In this document: positions 12,786 to 24,700 of the stretch, in pieces | How positions within the stretch are numbered: the first letter of the stretch is position 1 | Layout: every line of letters begins with the position of its first letter | Origin: Jimgerdemannia flammicorona | Lineage: Eukaryota | Assembly (NCBI GenBank): GCA_003990765.1 | Contig: RBNJ01000356.1 | Location: forward strand, 1-32,285 | Length of the DNA: 32,285 nt | Direction: 5' to 3' | Notes under the pieces: generated by a model | Database searches by the model: none | What the model was told of the DNA's origin: nothing | Seen by the model: the letters and a program-made list of their open reading frames with translations, nothing else | Program-made: the position numbers and the translations under genes

Positions 12786-14406
12786 GTTAGTCCACTCAGT
12801 TCCTCTCAGTGCAATATATACAATTCCTTGCAAGCAATCTAAGAGATAACAAGACAGTTTAAAGATAAGAAGTTTGAGGACTATAAGATCTTGAGAAGGC
12901 ACTCTAATAAGAACTTGCTTATAACAAACTTGAGTTAGTCTAAGAGATATACCTTGAAGAGAATCTGACATATTTGAAGGACTCAGCAATCACTATGTGA
13001 CAATACTCAGTAGTTACCAATTCTGAAGAATAGATTGTAGACTTTCTTGTTAATAATATGTAAGGTTCTATCAGCAGTAGTAACTACTTAGGTTTGTTAT
13101 ACTAAAGAGGTCAGAACTTTAAGTCTGTTGGCTATTTTCTCATTAATGAAATTACCCAAGACACTACTATCTAGTATAATCTTGACAGAAGCTTAATTAA
13201 TAAAAGCTTATAAAATAAGTAGTTTATCTGATCCAATAGTAGTAATTTCAATTATAGGAGATTTCCTTCTATTGACTCTTCATTAGATTAACTTATTAAT
13301 ACATGAGAAATAATTATTAATTATTTGAGAAGAGTATATTCTAATACTATGAGAGTATTGACCATTAGATATAAATCCATCTTCAATTTTTCTATAGAAT
13401 TGTTTCTCCTTATTTACAGTAGATTGAGCTAGAGCTTTGTTTGATAAGCCAAATATCTTAGATCCTCAAATAGTAGATAGTAGTTCAGAAACTTCCTTGA
13501 CTGTCAGAGTTAATTCAATTTTCTCAAATAGGATCTAGGTAATATAGTAATCAATAGAGATCTTAAATAATGTCTAACTATAGTTCCTAATAAGAATAAT
13601 AATTTTACCTGTATAATCTTCATTAATGACTCCTCTTTCTAATAAGAGTTCTTTTAATGCTAGACTGCTACAATAGCATATCCTTCTAATATATCCTTCA
13701 GGAATTTAAATACTAATTTCTATGTAGACTTACTTGACTTCTTGATTGAAAACTATAACTTCTTTAGCTACATATAGATTATATCTAACTGCCTCTTAGC
13801 TACCTTTGGTAGGAGTCATAGCTATTGTCCTTAACTTGATAAAGTCTAGTTTTTTAGTAGTCAGATTATTGAGATAATACAGAATAGTGATAGTTGCTTA
13901 TATTATAGTTTAAGATTTTTAATTAGGGTAGATACTGACTATGTATTCTGTCTTTTAGCAATAGAAGCATACTCTACTTCTTTTGAGTTTATTTCTTTCT
14001 CCTTCAGTGAGTTTCTTAAAGATACTTAGCTGAGTAAGTTCAGTATTTCAGATTATCCAAGAAGTAGATATAAAGGGAGCTTTAAATGATTTATACTTGG
14101 GTTCTTCATTTTTAGTCTATAATTTTTCCTTGTTATGAAATTGTTTTCAAGGTAGAATTGGCCCAGCTATTAGAATTTACTTAACCATGGTCTTGATTTT
14201 AGCCAGGTACTATTGTTGGTAATCACAATCAACTGAGTGTTCTTGTTCTTAGATCTTTCTTATGAGCTATTCTGGTAGTATATCAAATAAATAGTCTATT
14301 TTTATATTATTTCATACTTTATTATTAGTAATATATTCTAGACCAATAGTGTTCAGAAGTGACTCAAGTTTTGTACAAAAGGTTCTAAATTCTTTCTTAC
14401 TATATA

Positions 14407-14625
14407 CGTGAAGGACAAAAATGGACTAATGTTATATTATTATTATTTTAAAAATTTATTATAATTTAAATATAAATATTATTTAATTTATATTTTAACC
14501 AATAATAAAGTATTCTTATATCTTCAAGAAAAAATATAGTTTATCTATATTTGATTAATTAATCATAAAGTTATTACTATTTAAAGTTAAATTAATCATT
14601 GGTCCATTTTTGTCCCTCACCATTG
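14407..14625. repeat. Tc1 left TIR
   Basis: Reverse complement of 15799-16017. Confidence 0.92.
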
Positions 14626-14649
14626 ATTTAGTCAATTTATTTTTATTAT

Positions 14650-15681
14650 TTAATATTTTACATAACCACCCTTTGCTTTAAATACTGCTACAACTCTCCT
14701 AGGCATACTCTCTATCAATTTAATATAAACATCCTTTGAAATTTCATTCCATTCCTCTCTCACCCTCTTCCAAAGCTCTTCAATTCCTTTGGGTGCTTCC
14801 TCATAAGTATTCAGCTTACTCTTCAAGTGCCACCAAAGATGTTCAATAGGGTTAAGGTCAGGTGATTGTGCTGGCCAATCCAGTAGTTTAAATCTGTTAT
14901 CTTTAAGCCAACCTTTTGCCATTTTGGATATATGCTTAGAGTCACCATCTTGCTGAAATATCGTTTTTTTTTTATCTATACCATAAAATTCAATAGTTTC
15001 TTGCAATTCTTTGCGAAGAATGCTGGTGTACAGCTCCGCATTCATTTTGTTGATGATTCGGCACCTGTATCTGACTCTGTGGCTTGTCATACATCCCCAA
15101 AATATCAATGACCCACCTCCGAATTTGACAGTGCCACTCACGTGATGTGGCTCAAGCATCTTTGCCCCTTTTTTTTTCCACACCCACGATCGTCTGTCGG
15201 AGCCCAAACGGTTAATCTTTGTCTCGTCTGAGAATATAACCCATTTCCAGTTATCAACGGTCCAATCCTTATGTCGGACGGCAAATTGATAGCGAGCCTT
15301 AATATGTCATGGGAGCAAACATGGTTTCTTTGTCTTCGGCACCAACCTCAGGCCCGCTTTTTTCAGCATTCGGTATATCGTCTTAGGGCTAACATATGTT
15401 TTGCCATCTCCTTGAAGCACTTTTGCAATGTTAGTAGCATTTTCTGCCTTCCCAGTCATCACTTGACAAATGACCCATACCTCATTATGACCAGAAAGCC
15501 TACGCGGGCAGCCTCTTTTTGTAATATTCATAAACGTCTCATTGCTGGTGCATAACTCCATTCATATATGTTTCACGGTCATTGTACCAATACCCATTTG
15601 CTGTGCAATCTTGCTGGTTATCTTACCAGACTTTAATTTACTTATGATAGAGTTGCGGATGGTGGTTGACAGCTTTTTCAT
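14650..15681 (-). pseudogene. Tc1 transposase (343 codons, two in-frame TGA stops)
   Basis: HTH N-terminus, FSDETK, QQDGD, WPAQSPDLNPIEHLW with D-34-E spacing. TGA at 15562 and 15307 with the frame preserved. Confidence 0.95.
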
Positions 15682-15798
15682 TTTTAAAAAGGGTAAAAAT
15701 GGTATGGAGAGGTAGAGAATATTCAAATGAATGAGTGTGTGAAGTTTCATATGTCTAGTATAATTATTAAATGAGTTATAATAAAAAGATAGTCAAGA

Positions 15799-16017
15799 CA
15801 ATGGTGAGAGACAAAAATGGACCAATGATTAATTTAACTTTAAATAGTAATAACTTTATGATTAATTAACCAAATATAGATAAACTATATATTTTCTAAA
15901 AGATATAAGAATACTTTATTATTGGTTAAAATATAAATTAAATAATATTTATATTTAAATTATAATAAATTTTTAAAAATATAACAATATAATATTGGTC
16001 CATTTTTGTCCCTCACT
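15799..16017. repeat. Tc1 right TIR
   Basis: Reverse complement of 14407-14625. Confidence 0.92.
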
Positions 16018-16443
16018 TATATTAAATTTGAGGTTATAGAGTTTGACTCAGGATTCAGCAATCAGAATTTCACTATGATATTGAGTAATTATAAGTTATT
16101 TGAGCTCAGGAGCTATAGGGTGATCTTTATATTCAGGAATATTATTTGCTGTATTTTGAGTAATAACTATATATAGATTGGGTTTTCTATGTGAGAGATT
16201 TTTCAGAAAAAGTTTATTACTATTCTTCAGCAGGTTCTTAGAAGAATATAATAACTTGATAAATATAAGCTATAGTAGTAGCAAAGAGTTGTTTGATAGT
16301 GTAGTCTTAGTTATTTGTTAGGAGATAGTTAGTAACTTACTTATTAGTCTATTGATTGGCTTCAAAATTAGTATCTACTATACTAATGAAGCTTTAAACT
16401 TCTCATATAGTGCTATTGAAGATAGGTAGACTCAGGCTTTTAG

Positions 16444-16475
<32 letters not shown>

Positions 16476-16478
16476 TTT

Positions 16479-16529
<51 letters not shown>

Positions 16530-17700
16530 GGACTCAATGTTCTGTAGATTTTTATTAGAAGGGAACCTAGACTATATAGGCCAAAACCCTCCCCCACCAC
16601 CCATCAAGCACTGCCCCCCCATTAATCTAGGCTAGCTATTGTCCAGCAGCTCAACCATGCCAGATGCAGCAGGGCCTATAGCAGCCCATATCTTATTCTG
16701 TATACTATGCTCTCCCTACCATCAGAAGAAATCCAGCCATACACTAATAACTGAAAGCGCATTTCCAAAAACCCAACATATATATAAGGCTATGCCCAAG
16801 CCAAATAGAATAGCCCCTACCACCCTAAAGAGAATGACAGGTAAAGAAAAAACCCTTATCAAAGCACAACATAGTGGGTAGGGCCTGGTTCTCTCAGTTG
16901 AGATGAGTAAATAACTTATATATGAGGCAGGAGGAGACCCCCAATACCCCACTACTCAAGCCTGTGGGCCTCAATCACATTACTATGTCAGCTCCTGATT
17001 CTAGTTAAGTGTAGTCAAGATGCCTAAAATGGGTAGCCTCAGGCCCCCCAACCCCCCCTGATGACCAGGGCCCAACCTGCTAAATCGCCAAAAGAAGCCA
17101 AGAGTGATACCTACTATCTAACTATGCCACATCAATCAAAAGGCCCCACTGAAGCAGCACCTGCCCCAGCCCTGATGATCACCCCCAGCCTGGCACCCTA
17201 CTGGTTCACCATTATCACCCTTCCTCCTATCTGTGACAGCCATCTCTCCTCTCATTCTGATAACACCCAAAAAGCAGTCACCTATGCCAGAACTGCACTC
17301 ACCAGGAAGCTTGCCAAAGTCAGAGGGCCCCACCACAAGCACCAAGGACCTGTAGATAACCTACACTGAGTACTTAATGCCCAAGGTCAGCTGACTCCCT
17401 ACATAGCCCAAGACACACCAAGACAGTACCTTGTTGGTGATGGCAAAAGGAAGAAGGTGCTGTACCAAAACAGATATACTCCAGATATAGCCGAAGGTAT
17501 CAGAAACTGTAAAAAAGTAGAGAAGACACCGATCTGATATTGATAAAGGGGCAACTCATCACCATTGCCTCTCTCCCACTACCCTGCAATAGGTACAGCA
17601 AACCAACCTAAGGTAGAGGGGGTAATAATTGTGGAAAGTGGACTCAGAAGATTGTCTACTAAACTATTGTGACCAGTAAGGTAGCAGAGAAAGAGACATG
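16444..17700 (-). mobile_element. 1.26 kb polyadenylated retroposed element (non-autonomous LINE-mobilised or retrocopy), no recognisable ORF
   Basis: ~80 nt polyT at 16444-16526 and a minus-strand AATAAA ~25 nt from the tail. TSD CTCAGGCTTTTAG(TT) at 16431 and 17701. GC-richer than its flanks. Confidence 0.85.
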
Positions 17701-17845
17701 CTCAGGCTTTTAGTTAGTTGGGTTTGTTTAACTAAGACAGTAATAGTTACTTCTATTATAACTATCTAGACTATAAGGTCTTAAATTTATTGATTTATTA
17801 TATTATTTATAGAAGATAGTTGAACTACTAGTAGGGAGTTACTGG

Positions 17846-17908
17846 TATGATTTAAGATACTGTTTTTTTTTTTTTTTTTTTTTATAGTCAGATATGATTT
17901 AAGATACT
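17846..17908 (-). mobile_element. Ultra-truncated TPRT insertion with 16 bp TSD
   Basis: TATGATTTAAGATACT - G - T21 - ATAGTCAGA - TATGATTTAAGATACT. Confidence 0.85.
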
Positions 17909-19147
17909 AGTATAGAGTATAATAGTATTCTCTGAGTTTATATGAGTTGCTAGAGTAACTATTGTAGGTCTAATATAAGGGTCTGATAGATAATTGTCTA
18001 TTGTTCTATAGGTGTATTTTGTTCTAAGATAGATATATCTCCTTTAGCAATATATTCAGAATTGAATTTATGAGATACTCCTCTTCTTCTTCACTTTGAT
18101 CTTAATATAACTGGGTTTATTCAATATTAAAGTAAATGATATCTATTATATACTAGAGTTCTAGCTAAGCCTGCTTCTAGCTCAGAGTCTAATTGTTAAT
18201 AAAGGGTTTCTCTGGCTTCTTTTTTGAGAACATGGCAGGTCTTGAAATTCTGGAAATAGTAGTATAGAGTAGTCTTGGTTCTGATATGGTAATAGTTAGT
18301 AGAGTTGAGCTACTTGACTATAGAGACTTGGCTTTATAAGAAACTAAGACTAGGAAGATAGCTACTAGTTATCCTAGATTACTCAGATTTATAGAGCTTA
18401 TAAAACTCTTATTGAGAAGAATAAAAAAGACTTCTATAAGACCTTCTTTATCTTGACTTATGGAGTATAGAGCAAGAAGTTCAGTAAATAAAGTTTCACC
18501 TATCTGCTGATTTAATTGGAGTATTTATATATATATATAAAGCTTATCTCACTTGTTGTAAGTATGAAGGTCTAATTGTCCTTATACATTAGGTTCAATT
18601 TACTCCAGATTGTCAAATAGTTTGAGATAAATTCTAGTTCAGTAGTTGGGCTCTATACCAACTTATTGAAATTTCTACAGAGGGTTGTAGCTGAGTAAGG
18701 AAGCATTTTGAAGTAGAATTGGATTATAAACTGCTATAATTAAGTTGTAAGAGATTAAGTTATAAGAGAGTACTTTATTAGAGTACTATTATATAGTTCT
18801 AAAAGAGTTTTCAGGAAGTTCTGAATATTCTAAAAGACTGTTTTCTTAAGATCAAGATCAATTTTATATAGAGTATATTCTCTATACTTATTGATTTCAA
18901 GATTAGATTAATGTCTCAATCAAAGTTCTTTCTTGGACTTATTATAGATATTTAGAATTTTCTTTATTTCAGAAAGTTTAAGAAACTAAGACCAGCTGAG
19001 TTGATTTGGCATATTACTATAAAAATACCCAATTAGAAAATTTCTAGATCTAGTTAAGAGTAGAACCTAAATATAGTATAGATTTATTTACTATTCATAA
19101 TATTGCTATTGGCTAATACTAGGAGTAGTATGTAAAGAGATATTTAT

Positions 19148-20957
19148 TATCACATAGTGGGCACTAAGTTCTCCAAGTATGTCAGATTCTCTTCAAGGTG
19201 TATCTCTTAGATCAACCATAAGTTTCTTATAAGTAAGTTCTATTGGAATATCTTCTCAAGGTCTTATAGTCTTCAAACTTCTTATCTTTAAACTATTCTG
19301 TTATCTCTTGAATTTGCTTACTTGGAATTAAGTAGAGGACTGGAACTTCTGTACTTCTTAAGTAGTTGAGAACTTGAATACTTGAGTGTTTGAATACTTA
19401 AGTATTTTAATACTTGAGTGTTTTAATATTTGAGTATTTTAATACTGACTTTATTTCAAAGAAAATGAGAGAGGTATTTATATAAAATATAATTCAATGG
19501 TTGCTAAGTTATAAAACTAAATATAAATTCTAATAACCAAATAGATAAGGTACTTGAACATAGAAAACTTCAGATTATAAGTATAAATTTAAGTGTCTGT
19601 ACAATTGGTTGTACAAGATCAGAATGCTGAAATAATTTCTGACAATTACACAAGATCAGAATGTCAGAATAATTTCAACAGTTATATACAGAACTTAGAG
19701 CAAAATGTTCTGAATTCTGTAGACTTCATCTTCATCACTATTATCAAGGCTAGAGGTTAGAAATAGGATATCTTTGAAGGAAATAAGATCAGTAAATATT
19801 TCTGTAAGTATCTTGTCCATTTTATGCATTTTGTATATTTTGCACATTTTATGCATTTCATATATATCAATTAGTGAGATGACATCATTGCCAATAATAT
19901 CATCATGTTAGTAGTAGGGAGAGCAAGGAGATCAGGGGCTCTCTAGTCTATGATATTTTTCTCCACAAAGTAGAGAATAAAGGTAGGATCTTGAGAAGGT
20001 CTAATCTGGATACTGAGATCTTAGAATACTGAGATTAATTCTTACAGGAATTGATCTGGATTGTTCTGAAGGATGGAATTTCAGAACTCTTCTACCTTAT
20101 CACTCACTATTGATGATATTATCTCTGATAAAGTAGTTATCTAGAAAGAGTGGTTCTTGGATTATATCTCTCTATTTATTCATATAGTTGTATATTAGAA
20201 TAAAGTTATTATTTTACAGAATAGTGACATCTGTTTTATATACTGGATAGTGTATTGGTAGATAGAGAAGAAGTATATCATCTTCAATTTTATTAAATTT
20301 ACTATCAGCATATCTTTGGTAGATTATACATATATTATAGAGTTATAATAGACTGATAGTTGTTATTTATATTACTCATACTTAGAAGATAGAGTTATTA
20401 ATTCTATTTTAAGAGTTATCTGAAGATATAGATTATATTCTCCTATTTTTTCATTATAGTTGAAGTAGTTAGATATGAATGCAGATTAGTATTTATATCA
20501 GTAGTCATTATCTCAATAGATCTCATAAATAGTTATAAACTATTGTAAGTTCTTCAGTAAGATTGGCAGAGTAATCAGAGTTGGCAGAGATCCTTGGTTG
20601 AAAGTTATCTTAGTATCAGAGAGATTGTTGTCTTCTACTTCATTATTATTAAATTGGATTATATTGTAAATATCCTTTATGATATATCCTACTTGAGGCA
20701 TTTGTAGAATATGATAATTTGGGTATAGAAAGGATCTGTCTGTAGTTTAGATATACTTGATATATTTCTAGTTGAGTTCTTATACTATATTATCAATTTG
20801 ACTATAGATCAGAGTGACAACTATTTTAGTAATAGTGACTCAGAGGTAGAGAATAAAAGTACTATACTTATAGAAGAGTTCTTAGAGTTTATATATAATA
20901 AGTTTCTAGTATTGAGATATTTTAATAATATCTATATTATAGTGGTAGTTAACTATA
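19148..20957 (-). repeat. Divergent LTR related to Gypsy-1 (LTR-3); right boundary tentative
   Basis: 19148-~20105 matches the reverse complement of ~12150-13002. ATGCCT at 20701 and a GGAAGA|TATAG junction at 20957 mirror the Gypsy-1 PPT/LTR junction. Confidence 0.7.
19373..19444. repeat. 8 bp minisatellite, 9 units (YTTRARTR-like)
   Basis: cttgaata cttgagtg tttgaata cttaagta ttttaata cttgagtg ttttaata tttgagta ttttaata. Confidence 0.8.
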
Positions 20958-21447
20958 TCTTCCAGGAGGCAGCCAATCTGGTAGTAGCTTAAAATTTGTC
21001 TAATTTGATAGATCTCACTAAGTATGTTCAGAGTATTTCATCAGATTTCCATAAAGTAGAAAAGTGTTAAGTTATGGATATTCATAAGAGGCAGAGGTAC
21101 TGTAGCTCTGTTGATAATAGCATTCCAAATATTAGTATAAATATAGTTATAAACTTTAGTAGTTATAGCTAGGTATATGTTTGAAAGTTATGGTTTTTTT
21201 GTTTTATTATAGTTCTCTATTTTGACATACTATATATTTAGTATATATACTTTTGGTCTTGATTAGTAAGGTTTTATATTTATATATCTTATATTCTATG
21301 ACTTAAAATTAACTCAGCTTTGTGATCTATAACTTCAGTTTGACTTAGCTTTATAATCTTATATATAGTTTCCAGATTTGTTCTAATTGTAATATGTGAT
21401 TTTAGTAGCTTAGAGGTTATATACTTATATAAGAAGTCTATATATAT

Positions 21448-23008
21448 TATTACATAGTGGTCACTGAGTCCTTTAAATATATCAGATTCTCTTTAAGGTA
21501 TATCTCTTAAACTAACTCAAGTTTGTTATAAGCAAGTTCTTATTGGAGTACCTTTCCAAGATCTTATAGTTCTCAAACTTATTATCTTTAAACTATCTTG
21601 TTATCTCTTAGATTGCTTGCAAGAGATTATGTGTAAGTGAACCAGAACTGACTTTATTTCAGAGGAAATAAGAAGAGTATTTATACAAAATATAATTCAA
21701 TGATTGCTAAGATATAAAGCTAAATATAAATTCCAATAACCAAATAAAAATACCAGGACATGGAAAACTGCTAAGTCCCAGGGTCAGTACATATGGTTGC
21801 ATAGATTCAGAATGCTGGTATAATTCTGGTGATACAGGAAAATAGTGCTGGAATAATTCTGAGTCATATCAGAATACTGGTAGAGGAACAGCTGTTATAT
21901 AGGAAAAGAGTACTGGTATAATTCAGTGTAACTAAGAGACTTTAGAGCAGAATGTTTAGGACCATAGAGGCTTCATCTTTATCAGAGGTCAGGATGTCTT
22001 TGAAGGAGATGAGATCCATAAATATCTCATCTGTCTTGTCATCATCACATAGGTCATGTGTTTTGTATATGTCATGTGAGATGACATCATCACCAATGAC
22101 ATCATCATGTTCAGTAGAGAAATCAGAGACTCTCCAATCTATGAGATTCTCTTCCACAAAATAGAGAACAAATGTAGGGTCTTGGAGAGGTCTAACCTAG
22201 ATACTTGGGTCTTGGAATACTGAGATCAATCCTTGCAGAAATTGATCTGAGTTGTCCTTGAGGATAGGATGCTAGAAGTCTTCTACTTTATCACTATTGA
22301 GGGTGATAGTGGACTGGGCTTCTGTAGCCACTCTGGCTTCTAGTACATTGATACAGCAGGCTGACAGATCTCTGAAGTCTGAGACTCTAACATACTTCAA
22401 GTTGGGGATCAACTATGGTATATGCCTAAAGATCTGATGAATCTTCTTAACTGTCCTTACTTTATATATATCTATAGGAGTGGTATCTTATAACTCTTGA
22501 GGGCTGGCCTGTGGGAACTCTTGGCAGAGGAGATTTCTTATTTCATATTCCTACCATATTTGGAGGTATTTGGTAGTAATGATGACCCTTGTTTTCATTT
22601 TACAATAGTAGAGAATATAATGATAAGGGTCACCAGTATCTAGGTTGACACTAGGAATCCTTCTTGTGTGGGTCCTCATGGCTCTTCTGATGTCTTAGAA
22701 CATTCTTTCTTCAACTGAGGTACCTTGGTAGTTCCTTGACCTTGAGGTTTGGCAAGCAGCAGGCATTTTATTTGTAGTAAATCTTTGAGCTATTTTGGAA
22801 TTAGTGGGTCTTATTGGTTACTGCTACTACAGTTTCTTGATCCTTCTTTTATATTTCTCAAGATACCCATACTGTGGTTACAATGACTCACAGTTGGTCA
22901 TCATTGCTCATCTTGTATGCTATATGATCTTCTTGTACTCCAATCTGATAGCTTGTAAGGAAAGGCTATCTTCTGTACTGATATTATCATTCTGGGGTCA
23001 CCATTATA
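21448..23008 (-). repeat. Isolated full-length copy of the Gypsy-1 LTR (solo-LTR-like)
   Basis: Colinear reverse complement of 11441-13002. Termini are eroded to TAT...ATA. No PPT or internal sequence adjoins it. Confidence 0.9.
21942..22766 (-). pseudogene. Second copy of the LTR-encoded protein (825 nt, premature stops)
   Basis: ATGCCT at 22766 and C-terminus DLISFKDILTSDKDEASMVLNILL, matching 12117-12524. Confidence 0.72.
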
Positions 23009-24700
23009 ATGTTATTGATATTATGGAATCAGAGTGAGATTATCATAGTTGAATAAGCAAAGAAGGCTAATTAGGTACTAAAGGGTGCTAAGATTGATGG
23101 AAAGATAAGGTCAAGTAGACCAGATATCTAACTAATATTTGATACTATAGATAATATATGATAGCTGTCATAGACCAAGAAATGAATTGTTGAAACTAGT
23201 GTCAATATAGAGAGAATAGACTGTAAAGAGATATTATTTGATAGTCAATAGTTGGAGCTATTTAAGAGTGAGATAATAAATCAAATATATTAGTACTATT
23301 TTAAATGTAGATAGGGAGCTTCTGGAGATATTATTGCTGCTATAGATAATGCAGAACTGGAGAAAGCTCTATTGTCCTGAAGAATATATGTGATATGTAA
23401 ATTTTACCAGATTAAATTATAGAAGAAAGTAATAATAAGAGGAAGTTCCATATGGAGATTATACTAATCACTATTAGATACATCAGAGTTAATTATCTCA
23501 ATAATAGCCTAGTTATCAATATAGAGTAAAATCTGCTAAAAACATTAGTAGTTACTCTATATAGTAGAGATAACAATAATAATATATAGTTCTTTGAATT
23601 GAATATTAAGAGAAAAAGAACAGGAGGTAATAATTTAAAGAACTATTGATTATCAAAGAAAGCACCTAAGCTAAGTTTACTACTTATGTCTATCTAGAGA
23701 TAAGTATTGAAGAAGTGGGACTATATAACCAGATAAATAACTAAGATACTATTCCAGTATAGAAGAAAGGTGATCCACTATCAAATATTAATATAACTAA
23801 CCTTATCTATAATGATATAGAAGAAAGAATTATTGGTAAGTAGGTTAATGAAATAGCATAGAAATGGGTAGCCAGGTGGGATAATCTTATATATAAAGAT
23901 AAGAGAGCTGATGAGATATTTTAGCTATGAGGTGTGTAATAACTATTAATATGAGCTAATATATATTATGATATCTAGTTTGTTGGAAGAAAGGTAAGCT
24001 TATATAGCAATAGAGTCTAGTTCAATATCTAGGAAGACTAGAGAGATGATAGGACCTTCTATCTTATATATCTAGATAGACTAGCCAAGGTCATAACAGA
24101 GGAATAGGAACTGATATAGATTATGAGAGATATCAATTAGGGTGAAAATAATGAGGAAGTCATCAATATAGTCTATAAGAAAGTGAATACTATGATGGCT
24201 GGTAATTCAAGCTAGTAGTTTAGTAAAGAGATTGAAGAGAAAGAGAGAGGATAAAGTATCAAAAGATATAAAGTAATTGAAGTAGAAGTAGCTGGTCCAT
24301 TTGAAGCCTAATAATTCCCAGTTAGCTAGATAGATAAGAATATATTGATAGATATTAGTGAGATCTACCTTTAATAAGAGACAATTTTTACTAATATAAC
24401 AGATGAGATCAAGAGCTTTATTGAAGCATATATAAGAGAGGTGGAAGATAATGGAGTCAATATTATTATTATTAGAGCTGTCTTAATAGAGTTAGAAAAG
24501 ATCATAGATATGGTACTAGACTGACATAGAGTTCTTTTTAGCAACAGTGTCAAGGGGGAATAAGTAGAAGTTGGTAAAGGAGAGAGATAAGAAGAGACCT
24601 TAGACTCTGTTAGTATATATCTTATAGATAATATTAGCTGAAATGACTTTAGAGTATCAAAGGTGAAATAATAATTATGACTGAGGAGATATCAATAAGG
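23009..24700 (-). mobile_element. Decayed tyrosine-recombinase retrotransposon (Ngaro/DIRS-like): RT, RNase H, possible start of YR
   Basis: The minus strand reads KVDLTNIYQYILIYLANWELLGFKW..., DYIDDFLII, VFLDIELDS, L*IDISSKLSLGAFF, NIQFKELY, LYIDN*AI. These are C-to-T/G-to-A eroded DIRS-class motifs. Confidence 0.8.

Larger units (their letters stand above)
5947..13002 (+). mobile_element. Ty3/Gypsy LTR retrotransposon Gypsy-1 (gag-PR-dUTPase-RT-RH-IN-3'LTR), 5' part cut off by LINE-B, degenerate
   Basis: Gypsy domain order PR-RT-RH-IN, a PPT, and an LTR ending TGTGACA at 13002. Confidence 0.93.
11441..13002 (+). repeat. Gypsy-1 3' LTR (~1.56 kb)
   Basis: Both boundaries are defined by the inverted copy at 21448-23008. 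It ends ...TGTGACA and has a PPT upstream. Confidence 0.88.
14405..16019 (-). mobile_element. Tc1/mariner DNA transposon (DD34E) with 219 bp TIRs and TA target duplication
   Basis: TIRs at 14407-14625 and 15799-16017 are near-perfect inverted copies, with TA on both sides and a transposase between them. Confidence 0.95.
13003..19147 (-). mobile_element. Heavily decayed older Gypsy-like relic (gag-protease region) hosting later insertions
   Basis: The minus strand at ~13060-13210 reads VKIILDSSVLGNFINEKIANRLKV...VVTTADR (eroded LDSGAxxNFI...TADG protease). Extension to 19147 is inferred from TSD continuity only. Confidence 0.5.

Noticed and set aside
11441..23008. LTRs at 11441 and 21448 as ends of one element
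   Set aside because: They are in inverted orientation, so they are independent insertions.
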